In this document: piece after piece, positions 1-8,978 of the stretch
How the letters are laid out: each line of letters starts with the position of its first letter
How positions within the stretch are numbered: position 1 is the stretch's first letter
From: Patescibacteria group bacterium
GTDB lineage: Bacteria > Patescibacteriota > Minisyncoccia > Phycocordibacterales > SBAW01
Direction: 5' to 3'
Assembly (NCBI GenBank): GCA_028871115.1
Contig: JAGWOD010000001.1
Location: 4,736-68,735, forward strand
Length of the DNA stretch: 64,000 bases
Position numbers and translations under genes: made by a program
Notes under the pieces: model-generated
What the model was told of the DNA's origin: nothing
What the model saw: only the letters and a program-made list of their open reading frames with translations
Databases searched by the model: none

Positions 1-2
1 TG

Positions 3-779
3 AAAGCGGTTGCAGAAGCGGCCAAGGAAGCGGGGCTCCCCGCCCTCGTTGGGCTCTCTGAAGGGGAGCGAAATTTCTTTCCTCTTGAACATGTCCGGGC
101 CATCATCGACCATTATCGCTCGCAGGGGATAGAGCTTTTCCTTAATGCCGACCATACCTACAGTATTGAGAAAGTACAGCAGGCGATAGTGGCAGGGTGC
201 GACAGTGTCATTATCGATGGTGCAAAGCTCCCGTTTGTACAAAACGCCCAGACTGCCGCAGCGTGTGTCAAATATGCTCGTGCCTCAGGCCGGGATGTTC
301 TTGTTGAAGGAGAGCTTGGCTACATCGGGCAATCCTCCGAAGTGGTCGATACTCTGCCTGCGGGCGCCGTCGCGACTGAGGCCATGATGACTAAGCCCGA
401 AGAGCTTAAAAAATTCGTTGATGAGACAGGACTTGATATGGCGGCCCCGGCGGTTGGCAATATCCACGGCATTGTGCGAAGCGGTAATCCCAAACTCTCC
501 ATTGTGCGTATCAAGGAACTCGCAGAGGCCGTTTCGATTCCTCTGGTTCTCCATGGAGGATCAGGGTCCTCGGACGAAGAGTTTTCAGGGGCGGTGCGTG
601 CGGGGATCGCTATCATTCACATCAATACTGATTTGAGGCTCACGTACCGCCACGGCATCGAGCGAAGCTTTGCGGCGCTCCCCAACGAAGTCGCCCCCTA
701 CAAGCTCTTCACCCCTGCGGTTGAAGATATGAAGTCCTACCTTGTACAAAAAATGCGTCTCTTTGCCGGCATAGAGTAA
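3..779 (+). CDS. fba: Class II fructose-bisphosphate aldolase (5'-partial)
   Basis: Frame is open from the window start (KAVAEAAKEAGLPALVGLSEGE). Motifs LNADH, VEGELG, AVGNIHG, PLVLHGGSG and INTDLR are present. Confidence 0.93.
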   Translation, partial: KAVAEAAKEAGLPALVGLSEGERNFFPLEHVRAIIDHYRSQGIELFLNADHTYSIEKVQQAIVAGCDSVIIDGAKLPFVQNAQTAAACVKYARASGRDVLVEGELGYIGQSSEVVDTLPAGAVATEAMMTKPEELKKFVDETGLDMAAPAVGNIHGIVRSGNPKLSIVRIKELAEAVSIPLVLHGGSGSSDEEFSGAVRAGIAIIHINTDLRLTYRHGIERSFAALPNEVAPYKLFTPAVEDMKSYLVQKMRLFAGIE

Positions 780-848
780 TAGAGCGCTTCCTTCAGGGTA
801 GCGTTATGCCTTGTCGGTCAAAGTACTTTTTGCTATAGTCCTTCCGTT

Positions 849-1526
849 ATGACCGTGCTCAAGGCAGAGAAACGAGAGAGTGGCAAGGCAAAGGAGGCCC
901 GCAAGGGGGGGCTTCTGCCTGCGGTGGTCTATGGACGCAAAGAACCCTCTCAAGCCATTGCTATTTCACTCCTGGAATTTGAGAAAGCGCTTCACGAAGC
1001 GGGAGAAACATCAGTTATCGAGCTCCAGGGACTCGGCGCTTCCAAAGACGTTCTCATCCATGAGGTCACTTACGACGTACTTACCGGCCAGCCGCTCCAT
1101 GCGGATTTTTATGCAATTGAGAAAGGTCAGAAGGTTTCAGTTGCAGTGCCGCTTGAATTTGAAGGCGTTTCGCCTGCCGTGAAAGATCTCGGAGGCATTC
1201 TGGTCAAAGTCATGCATGAACTCGAGGTTGAAGGCGAACCCAAGCATCTCCCACGTGTGCTGCGTGTCAATATTGAATCGCTCGCGACGCTTGAGAGTCA
1301 AATACACGTAAAAGATCTGCCGCTCCCTTCAGGAGTTGTGCCTAAGGAAGATGCGGAGGAGGTGGTCGCCATGATCTCGGTTGCTAAGGAAGAGCCGGTT
1401 GAAGAGGTTCCTATGGACGTCTCTCAGATAGAGATGAGCGTCGAGCGCGGCAAGAAGGAAGAAGAGGGTGTGGAAGGTGCCGCCCCCGCTGCACCCGAGG
1501 CGAAAAAAGAGACTCCCAAGGCGTAG
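849..1526 (+). CDS. rplY: 50S ribosomal protein L25/Ctc (long form)
   Basis: LPAVVYG, HADFY and VPLEFEG motifs; acidic tail with ERGKKEEE. Confidence 0.95.
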   Translation: MTVLKAEKRESGKAKEARKGGLLPAVVYGRKEPSQAIAISLLEFEKALHEAGETSVIELQGLGASKDVLIHEVTYDVLTGQPLHADFYAIEKGQKVSVAVPLEFEGVSPAVKDLGGILVKVMHELEVEGEPKHLPRVLRVNIESLATLESQIHVKDLPLPSGVVPKEDAEEVVAMISVAKEEPVEEVPMDVSQIEMSVERGKKEEEGVEGAAPAAPEAKKETPKA

Positions 1527-1557
1527 GGAGGCTACCTGCCCGTGAATATGTCAGAGC

Positions 1558-1580
1558 GCTCCACCGAGGGTGGGGCTTTT
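1558..1580 (+). terminator. Intrinsic terminator after rplY
   Basis: GCTCCACC-gag-GGTGGGGC followed by TTTT. Confidence 0.6.
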
Positions 1581-1596
1581 CATATATAATTGATCG

Positions 1597-2997
1597 ATGA
1601 ACACGGGATCCGCCCGCGCGGCGGCAGTTTTTTTTGCAGGCGCTTTCCTTGGCGCCGCACTATTACTGCCTGCTATAACCCTCGCACAGACGCCACCTAC
1701 CGTTGCATCAGAACAAGCGGCACTGCAGACACAGCTCAACGAAATAGATGCGCAGATAAGTGCTCTGCAGACTAGCCTCACGAGCACCGAGCAGCAGCAG
1801 ACCTCCCTTGAGCGCGATCTTGAGATCATCACGGATCAAATCCAGGAATCCCAGCTTGCCATTGAGCGCCGAAATCTCACCATCACGCAGCTCTCCCAGA
1901 GCATTCAACAAAAGGAGGATACTATCGCGGGACTCAATGATCAGCTGCAGGCAGAATATGCATCACTGGCAGCCATTTTACGCGAAGAAGATGAACTCGA
2001 TACGACCTCAGTCGTCGTAGCAGCGCTTACCTCTTCTTCACTGTCGAATTTCTTTGCGGACATTGACCAATTTGGTGCCATAAACGAGAGTATGCAGCAG
2101 TCTTTTACGGATATTCAGAGCAGCACCAAGCTCAATGAGCAGGCGAAGTCAGACCTTGAGGATCAGCTTGGCCAAGAGACCCAACTCCTGCAGGTCCAGC
2201 AACTCCAGCAGGAGCAACTGCAACAACAGGAAAATCAGAAGAACCAGATTCTTACAGCTACTAAAGGGCAAGCACAGGCGTACCAGTCACTCATTACTTC
2301 CAAGCAGCAGACTGCTTCCCAAATCCAGGCTGCCCTTTTTAGTCTTACAGGGGCTCATGCGATTTCCTTCGCACAGGCACTCCAGTATGCACAGCTCGCG
2401 GAGCAAAAAACAGGCATACGACCGGCGTTTCTTCTCGGAATCATAAAAGAAGAGAGCAATCTCGGACAGAACGTAGGGACGGGTAACTGGCAGACTGACA
2501 TGAATCCGACTCGAGATGCACCTATTTTTGCAGCAATCACCCGTTCACTCGGTCTTGATCCCGATACGATGCCTGTCTCGAAAAAACAATGGTACGGATG
2601 GGGCGGGGCCATGGGACCTGCACAATTTATTCCCTCTACATGGGCGCTCTATGCAGGCTACAGTGCTCCCGACTGGACCTACAACCCCGCGAATGATCGT
2701 ATCGGTGCGCTCACGGGCAACCACCCTCCCAATCCTTGGAATCCTGAGGATGCATTTATGGCAGCCGCTCTCTATCTCACTGACGATGGAGCGGCAGCAC
2801 AGACACCACGCTCTGAATTCATAGCAGCCATGTGTTATCTCGCGGGCTGCAGCGGGGTTAGTAACAAAAGCCTCCAGTTTTACGGCAATCAGGTACTCTG
2901 CAATGAGCTCGGGTATCAGCAGGACATCGATATCATAGACGGCACGCATGATGCCGCGGCCATGGAGCAAAATACCCTCTACTACGGTCAGTGCTAG
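1597..2997 (+). CDS. Secreted lytic transglycosylase-like protein with long N-terminal coiled coil (PcsB/CwlO-like stalk)
   Basis: Signal peptide, about 220-aa Gln-rich coiled coil, then KEESNLG (putative catalytic Glu), [14 protein letters not shown] and [15 protein letters not shown]. Confidence 0.8.
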   Translation: MNTGSARAAAVFFAGAFLGAALLLPAITLAQTPPTVASEQAALQTQLNEIDAQISALQTSLTSTEQQQTSLERDLEIITDQIQESQLAIERRNLTITQLSQSIQQKEDTIAGLNDQLQAEYASLAAILREEDELDTTSVVVAALTSSSLSNFFADIDQFGAINESMQQSFTDIQSSTKLNEQAKSDLEDQLGQETQLLQVQQLQQEQLQQQENQKNQILTATKGQAQAYQSLITSKQQTASQIQAALFSLTGAHAISFAQALQYAQLAEQKTGIRPAFLLGIIKEESNLGQNVGTGNWQTDMNPTRDAPIFAAITRSLGLDPDTMPVSKKQWYGWGGAMGPAQFIPSTWALYAGYSAPDWTYNPANDRIGALTGNHPPNPWNPEDAFMAAALYLTDDGAAAQTPRSEFIAAMCYLAGCSGVSNKSLQFYGNQVLCNELGYQQDIDIIDGTHDAAAMEQNTLYYGQC

Positions 2998-3034
2998 ATT
3001 GCCTCGTCGGCAGTTCGATGCTATGATGCGGCGC

Positions 3035-3253
3035 ATGAAAGTGGATACCCACCCGACATATTTCCCGGACGCCAAGGTCGTATGCGCCTGCGGCGCTCAT
3101 TTCAGCGTGGGCTCAACCAAAGAGAAGATCGAGGTTGAAATCTGCAGCTCTTGCCACCCTTTCTATACGGGCAACGAGAAGATACTCGATACTGCTGGTC
3201 GCGTCGAAAAATTCAAGGCGCGCCGGGCAGCCGCCACCAAGAAATCCAAGTAG
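3035..3253 (+). CDS. rpmE: 50S ribosomal protein L31 (Zn-binding type)
   Basis: [32 protein letters not shown]. Start re-assigned to ATG 3035. Confidence 0.96.
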   Translation: MKVDTHPTYFPDAKVVCACGAHFSVGSTKEKIEVEICSSCHPFYTGNEKILDTAGRVEKFKARRAAATKKSK

Positions 3254-3307
3254 GTAGCATGGGCCGCTTTTCACCCTGCGCTGCAGGGGAGTGGGCGGTC
3301 ACCCTAT

Positions 3308-4282
3308 ATGAGCGAGGACCTCTCCCGCTACAAGGAACACCATAAAACTGCCTATCTTGCAGCGGCCTATGAGCGTCTGCTTGAGGAGGAAAGGCAACTG
3401 CGCGAGCTCTCTACTGCGGAGGATCTAGGCGATCTCGCGCGCGATGACCTCTCCCGCATTGCAGAACAAAAGGAAGTCTTGCGGGCGCAGATGGAGGGGA
3501 TTTTGAAGGAAGATGAAGCAGAGGAAGAATCGCCCAACGAGGTGATTCTTGAAGTGCGCGCGGGAGTGGGAGGCGGGGAAGCGGCGCTTTTTGCTGCAGA
3601 GCTCGCGACGATGTATCGCAGCTACGCGGGACTGAGGGGTTGGAGCGTGAGTGTGCTTTCCGAGAGTAAGACAGACCTTGGCGGATACAAAGAGGCCGTA
3701 TTTGAGCTTCATGGTAAGGGGGTGTATCAGCGGCTCAAATTCGAGACCGGAGTACACCGCATTCAGCGCGTTCCCGAAACCGAAAAGAGCGGGAGGGTAC
3801 ATACATCGACCGCTTCAATTGTCATTCTTCCGATCCGAAAAAAACACACCATCGTCATTAATCCAGCCGATATCGATATGGAATTCTCCCGCTCCGGCGG
3901 AGCCGGTGGCCAAAACGTCAATAAAGTAGAGACGGCAGTGCGCCTTGTCCACCGTCCGTCGGGAATCGATGCCCGCTCGCAGAGTGAGCGTAGTCAGGCT
4001 GCAAACCGTGAGCATGCCATGCAGGTACTTCTTGCCAAGCTCGAACGATTGCAGGAAGAAGAGGATGCGAAGAAACACGCGGCGGAGCGCAAAGATCAGA
4101 TTGGCACCGGCGATCGATCTGAGAAGATCCGCACCTATAACATTCTTCAGGATCGAGTGACGGATCACCGTCTCAAGGAATCCTGGCATAATCTTCCCTC
4201 TATATTTAAAGGGAACCTCGATCCTATTCTTGATGCACTCTCACAAGCCGAAGAGGGTAGCGCGGGCGTTGCGAAAACATAA
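3308..4282 (+). CDS. prfA: Peptide chain release factor 1
   Basis: [18 protein letters not shown] (PxT motif of RF1), GAGGQNVNK and [10 protein letters not shown]. Confidence 0.94.
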   Translation: MSEDLSRYKEHHKTAYLAAAYERLLEEERQLRELSTAEDLGDLARDDLSRIAEQKEVLRAQMEGILKEDEAEEESPNEVILEVRAGVGGGEAALFAAELATMYRSYAGLRGWSVSVLSESKTDLGGYKEAVFELHGKGVYQRLKFETGVHRIQRVPETEKSGRVHTSTASIVILPIRKKHTIVINPADIDMEFSRSGGAGGQNVNKVETAVRLVHRPSGIDARSQSERSQAANREHAMQVLLAKLERLQEEEDAKKHAAERKDQIGTGDRSEKIRTYNILQDRVTDHRLKESWHNLPSIFKGNLDPILDALSQAEEGSAGVAKT

Positions 4283-4317
4283 GGCCCGTGCTATCTTTTT
4301 GTGGTCTCGAAGCCGGT

Positions 4318-5043
4318 ATGGCAGCAAAAACGCAAGAAAAAAATAATCCACTCATTGATAAGCTCTTCTCGGCAGGGGCGCATTTTGGCTATACCAAAAC
4401 ACGTCGCCATCCATCGGTATCGCGCTTTATTTTTGGCTCAAAAGGGAGCGTTGAGCTCTTCAACCTCGAACAAACTGCAGCCTGTCTTGAAAATGCATTA
4501 GGAGTGCTGAAGGATTTTGCGTCAAAGCGCCAGACGGTGCTCTTCGTCGGTGCTAAGGCGGAAGCCCGCGGGGCTCTTGAGCGTGTGGCGCGCCGCCTCA
4601 ATCAGCCGTATGTCTCCGGTCGCTGGATTGGAGGAACGCTCACCAACTGGAGCGAGGTTAAGAAGCGTCTCGCACGTCTCGCGGAGCTTACCACTATGCG
4701 CGATAAGGGAGAGCTTACAAAATTTACTAAGCTGGAGCGGCTTCTCATCGATCGTGAAATCACTGATCTCGAGGCTATGTTCGGAGGGCTACGAGGTCTT
4801 GAGCGACCGCCGGCGGCGCTCTTTGTTGTCGACCCGCGCCACGAACATACTGCGGTTACCGAAGCGCGCAAAATGGGCCTTCCCGTCATTGCGCTTATGA
4901 ACTCTGACTGTGATGCTTCAGAGATTGCGCATCCTATCCCCGGCAATGATGCATCACGCCAGACAATCGAGTTTGTTCTTGAAGAGGTAGCAAAAGCATT
5001 TGAGGCGGGGGGAGTGGCGGCAGCGCAAGCCGCTTCGGTATAA
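4318..5043 (+). CDS. rpsB: 30S ribosomal protein S2
   Basis: AGAHFG, RWIGGTLTN and IPGND motifs. Start probably ATG 4318. Confidence 0.96.
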   Translation: MAAKTQEKNNPLIDKLFSAGAHFGYTKTRRHPSVSRFIFGSKGSVELFNLEQTAACLENALGVLKDFASKRQTVLFVGAKAEARGALERVARRLNQPYVSGRWIGGTLTNWSEVKKRLARLAELTTMRDKGELTKFTKLERLLIDREITDLEAMFGGLRGLERPPAALFVVDPRHEHTAVTEARKMGLPVIALMNSDCDASEIAHPIPGNDASRQTIEFVLEEVAKAFEAGGVAAAQAASV

Positions 5044-5061
5044 GGGTACATTAAGATTTGT

Positions 5062-5646
5062 ATGGCAATCACGGCGGAAGCAGTGAAGGAACTTCGCGAT
5101 AGGACGGGCCTCTCCGTCATGCAGTGCAAGAAGGCGCTTGAGGAGGCTAAGGGCGATCTTAACAAAGCGCTCGATATTCTTTCGCGCAAGAGCGCGGATG
5201 TCGCCCGCAAAAAAGGAGACCGCGCGCTTGGGGCGGGGGCTGTTGCAAGCTACATCCACGGCAACCACCAGGTGGGCGCTATGGTGCTCCTCTCCTGCGA
5301 GACCGATTTTGTCTCTAAAAACGAAGCTTTTATCTCTCTTGCTCGTGACATCGCAATGCATGCAGCAGCGACACGTCCCGAACATATACGCCAAAGCGAT
5401 GTTTCGCAGAGCGCCCTTGAGAAGCTTCGCGAGATCTTCGCACCTGAAGCGAGCGGCAAGCCTGCGAATATACAGGAAAAGGTTATCGACGGAAAAGTTT
5501 CTGCTCGTCTGAAAGAGACCGTCTTGCTCCTGCAGCCCTTTATCAAGGATGATTCAAAGACGATTCAAGACCTCATCGACGCTGCTTCCCATAAGTTCGG
5601 GGAACGCATTGAAGTGTCAAAATGTGCTTATTTCTCCGTGAAATAG
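5062..5646 (+). CDS. tsf: Elongation factor Ts (short form)
   Basis: VKELRDRTGLSVMQCKKAL, CETDFV and QPFIKD; directly follows rpsB. Confidence 0.96.
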   Translation: MAITAEAVKELRDRTGLSVMQCKKALEEAKGDLNKALDILSRKSADVARKKGDRALGAGAVASYIHGNHQVGAMVLLSCETDFVSKNEAFISLARDIAMHAAATRPEHIRQSDVSQSALEKLREIFAPEASGKPANIQEKVIDGKVSARLKETVLLLQPFIKDDSKTIQDLIDAASHKFGERIEVSKCAYFSVK

Positions 5647-5691
5647 GACTATCCCTTTGGGTCCCAAAACGTGCTAAAGTAGATAGATACT

Positions 5692-6096
5692 ATGGTGATA
5701 TTCCTTACGGCGGTGCTTCTGTGCTCTTCTTTGGGGATGGTGCTTCTTTTAGCCATTAAGCATTGGGAAGTCTCAAAAGATCGAATGCTCTTTAGATCAA
5801 CGCGGGCACAAGTTAATGAATCCTTTGCAATCTACCTTAATTTCTTCGCCTCACGTCTGCCTTCTCTGGCTCAAGAAAAAGGAAGAACTCATATAGAGGC
5901 TGTGGAAGTATGGTGTAAGGGAATGCTTGCTCGGGTACTACTCAAGGCTGAGGGGGTACTCGAAAGAATGCTCCGCACCCTCAAGCAAACTACGGCTCCG
6001 CATTCGGCTCAGGGACAAGTTTCCGCGTTCCTCCAGGAGATTGCGGAGCATAAGCGCACTCTTGCGCACACACGCGAGCACTCTCTCGCGCGGTAG
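5692..6096 (+). CDS. Hypothetical membrane-anchored protein
   Basis: 134-aa ORF with an N-terminal hydrophobic helix; upstream TGCTAAAGT -10-like box. Confidence 0.6.
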   Translation: MVIFLTAVLLCSSLGMVLLLAIKHWEVSKDRMLFRSTRAQVNESFAIYLNFFASRLPSLAQEKGRTHIEAVEVWCKGMLARVLLKAEGVLERMLRTLKQTTAPHSAQGQVSAFLQEIAEHKRTLAHTREHSLAR

Positions 6097-6107
6097 TATA
6101 CATCTCT

Positions 6108-6179
6108 GCCGGCATAGCTCAGTGGTAGAGCAGCGCTTTTGTAAAGCGTTGGTCGGGGGTTCAAATCCCTCTGCCGGCT
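6108..6179 (+). tRNA. tRNA-Thr (anticodon TGT), CCA not encoded
   Basis: GCCGGCA/TGCCGGC acceptor stem, D-arm GCTC-AGTGGTA-GAGC, anticodon loop TT-TGT-AA, T-arm GGGGG-TTCAAAT-CCCTC. Confidence 0.97.
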
Positions 6180-6185
6180 CAGAAA

Positions 6186-6893
6186 TTAGAATTCCGTATT
6201 GGCGGTCGGGGAAGAAGTAGGCGTTGTTGTCGAAAGTTTTGCTATCCCGGGTGCTATTTTCAGAATATCATCGACACTTTTGAATCCGTAGACCGGTAGA
6301 CGGCTGTTGATGATGAGAGCAGGCAGCGTAGGCGCAATGGTGTGAAGTTCGATGAGCGTCTTGAGGGCTGAGAGGTCGAGATGGTAATCAAATGAATAGA
6401 CGCGCAGGGTCGGATACGTTTCCCGCAGGTAGGTGAGAACATCTCCTTCCTCTCCACAGCTACTGCAATCGCCTGCGTTGGAATAGAAATACAGAATGTA
6501 GATTGGGTGCGTACCGCACTGCATGGAGAGTTTCTCCAAAAGGAGATAATCCTGAATCTCAAGGAGTGAGTACTGTTCCTTAAGTTGGATCACCTGGGAA
6601 TTTTCAGACCCGAGTGTGTCTTCCGCGTAGGTGAGCTGATTGGCGAGAGTATTGAGCTCATCGGAGAGCACGGGATTTCCTTCATTGGAGCTTGCATAGG
6701 AGCAGGTAAGCGATCCCAGGAGTTCATACTGGGTCTCGCTCGACTGAAGATCTATGGATATTTGATCCTCCGTTGCGCGGATGTCAGCAACACGAGCTTC
6801 ATTGAAGAGGTAAGCGACGTAAAAAGCAGTCCCAAAAATAGCCGCCGTTATAAAAAGCGCGAGGGTGTATCGTCTCCAGCCTGAAAAAGTCAT
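6186..6893 (-). CDS. Membrane-anchored protein with coiled coil and C-terminal thioredoxin-like (CxxC) domain
   Basis: N-terminal TM helix; YFYSNAGDCSSC..VYSFD..PALII resembles a Trx fold. Confidence 0.6.
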   Translation of the reverse strand: MTFSGWRRYTLALFITAAIFGTAFYVAYLFNEARVADIRATEDQISIDLQSSETQYELLGSLTCSYASSNEGNPVLSDELNTLANQLTYAEDTLGSENSQVIQLKEQYSLLEIQDYLLLEKLSMQCGTHPIYILYFYSNAGDCSSCGEEGDVLTYLRETYPTLRVYSFDYHLDLSALKTLIELHTIAPTLPALIINSRLPVYGFKSVDDILKIAPGIAKLSTTTPTSSPTANTEF

Positions 6894-6940
6894 ACGGTAA
6901 GGGATCCTAGCGGTATCTCGTCACTCCTGCAAGTGTTCTC

Positions 6941-8170
6941 CTAGCGCCAGCGGCTTTCACGGGAGCGCACAGCTCCCCAGGCTGCGTTCGCGAGCCATAG
7001 CGGGGCGACAAGTCCATAAATAGTAAAATAGGAAACAATTGACCATATCCCAAAGTTTGCTCCGGCAATGCGTCGTCCGATGAGCACTGCCGCGAGAGTA
7101 GTGCAGACCGTTGCAATAACAAGAAGCGTCATAGTGCTGGTATTGAAATAGAACCAGTCCAGTGAAAAGTGAGGAACCTGCATGGGAATCTTCTCAACCA
7201 TAAAGACCTGTGCTTCCGCTACTATCCAAGAAACTATCCGATAGAGGACGAATGCGGCCCCGTAGAGTCCTCCGAGAAACATTACAAGAAGGAAGGGCAA
7301 GACCAGAGTTCCGAAATGTCCGTAGCGGCGGTTAAAATACATATAGCGATAGTCCCGCGAGTTCTGAAGAAATCCTTGTGACCACCGCGTCCGCTGGCGC
7401 ACCAAGGAGCGCACCGTGCGAGGAACATTGGTGTACACGACCGAGGTATGCGCATTCTCGATACGCAGGCCGTAGGCGTGCATACGAAACGCCATTTCCA
7501 TATCCTCCGTGTTATGGGCGTGGCGGAATGGACCCGTTATAGAAAACATTTCCCGCCGATAAATAGAAAATGGTCCCGGCAGGACCGAAATAGCCGAGAT
7601 ATTATCGAACATCTTGCGGTAGAAAATACCAAAGGTGTATTCAACCGCCTGCATAAGTTCAAGCAAATTGCGGGGCCGATTCACCTTCATGGCAGGCACT
7701 ACTGCCATAGTCTTGGGATTTTCTTCGAATTTCTTCACTGATTCGATAAGCGCGTCCGGGACCACGAAGGAATCGGCGTCGAGACACCCCACGAGTTCAC
7801 TCTTGGAATGCTCAATACCCGTGTTCAGTGCTGTGTATTTTCCGCCATTCTTTTTGGAGAGTACGTGCACTTGAGGATTTGAGGCGAATTGCTCTGCGAT
7901 AGCAAGCGTACTATCGGTTGATCCGTCGTTGACGACGATAATAGAGAGCTTGTCCTTGGGGTATTCAAGGGAGAGGAGCGATTTCAAAGTGCCTGCGAGT
8001 GTGCGCTCTTCATTCCAGCAAGGCACGATGATCGAAACGGAAGGATAGCGCAGTGGTCGAGCTACGGTCTTTACTGTTGGGCGTTTTTCAAAAAAAGTAA
8101 TGAGGAGGAATACCTCGAAGTAGAGGCCGAGGAATAGGAAAAAATATATGCCGATCTGCCCGAACGCCAT
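6941..8170 (-). CDS. Processive GT2 glycosyltransferase (PgaC/IcaA/cellulose-synthase-like)
   Basis: VPCWNEE, NDGSTD, LDAD, TED and RQRTRW motifs, plus TM helices. Confidence 0.9.
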   Translation of the reverse strand: MAFGQIGIYFFLFLGLYFEVFLLITFFEKRPTVKTVARPLRYPSVSIIVPCWNEERTLAGTLKSLLSLEYPKDKLSIIVVNDGSTDSTLAIAEQFASNPQVHVLSKKNGGKYTALNTGIEHSKSELVGCLDADSFVVPDALIESVKKFEENPKTMAVVPAMKVNRPRNLLELMQAVEYTFGIFYRKMFDNISAISVLPGPFSIYRREMFSITGPFRHAHNTEDMEMAFRMHAYGLRIENAHTSVVYTNVPRTVRSLVRQRTRWSQGFLQNSRDYRYMYFNRRYGHFGTLVLPFLLVMFLGGLYGAAFVLYRIVSWIVAEAQVFMVEKIPMQVPHFSLDWFYFNTSTMTLLVIATVCTTLAAVLIGRRIAGANFGIWSIVSYFTIYGLVAPLWLANAAWGAVRSRESRWR

Positions 8171-8211
8171 GGGTGGGATTCTAGCACTTTTATGGCTATA
8201 CTGAAAGGGTT

Positions 8212-8976
8212 ATGACACCTGCGCGGTTAAGGGAAGATGAAGGGGCTCCCGTGCGCGGCCACTTCCATCCCATCTCCTCGCTCATTGCTGAGGCGAACCA
8301 GATTTTTTATGCCATGGGGTTTACCTTCGCCGAAGGGCCACTTGTCGAACATGAGTGGTACAACTTTGATGCCCTCAATGTTCCCAAGGATCATCCGGCG
8401 CGCGATATGCAGGACACGTTCTACCTTGGAGGTGAAACGGGTATGCTTATGCGCACGCATACCTCCAATGTCCAAATTCGCTACATGGAGGCACAGATGA
8501 AAAAAGGAATGCTTCCGCCTTATCGCATGATCACTATGGGTAAAGTATTCCGCAACGAGGCGACCGACATGACCCATGAAGCGGAATTTTTCCAGATGGA
8601 AGGTCTTGCGGTAGGAGAGGATATTACGCTCGCACATCTGCGTGATACGCTGTCACGTTTTTTTGCGGAGGTATTCAAGGGCGGCGTCGAGGTACGGTTT
8701 CGTCCCAGTTTTTTCCCTTTTACTGAGCCATCCGTCGAAGTAGATATGCGTCTTACCTCACCGGAGGCCCCAGAGAAATTGCGTGGGCGCTGGATCGAGA
8801 TGATGGGTGCGGGGATGGTGCATCCCAACGTGCTTACAAACGCAGGAATCGATTCCTCGCGATACCGCGGATTTGCCTTTGGCATGGGGCTCGATCGTCT
8901 GGCGCTCTTGCGGTGGGGAATTGAAGATGTACGCCTGATGCATTCTGGAGATCTTCGATTTATTAATCAATTTTAG
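8212..8976 (+). CDS. pheS: Phenylalanine-tRNA ligase alpha subunit (lacks N-terminal coiled coil)
   Basis: NFDALNVPKDHPARDMQDTFY, RTHTS, FRPSFFPFTEPS and GFAFGMGLDRL. Confidence 0.97.
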   Translation: MTPARLREDEGAPVRGHFHPISSLIAEANQIFYAMGFTFAEGPLVEHEWYNFDALNVPKDHPARDMQDTFYLGGETGMLMRTHTSNVQIRYMEAQMKKGMLPPYRMITMGKVFRNEATDMTHEAEFFQMEGLAVGEDITLAHLRDTLSRFFAEVFKGGVEVRFRPSFFPFTEPSVEVDMRLTSPEAPEKLRGRWIEMMGAGMVHPNVLTNAGIDSSRYRGFAFGMGLDRLALLRWGIEDVRLMHSGDLRFINQF

Positions 8977-8978
8977 TG

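Noticed and set aside
3308-4282. prfB with programmed frameshift
   Set aside because: It has the RF1 PxT motif rather than SPF, and an uninterrupted frame.
6108-8170. Prophage or island integrated at tRNA-Thr
   Set aside because: No integrase and no duplicated tRNA 3' end in the window.
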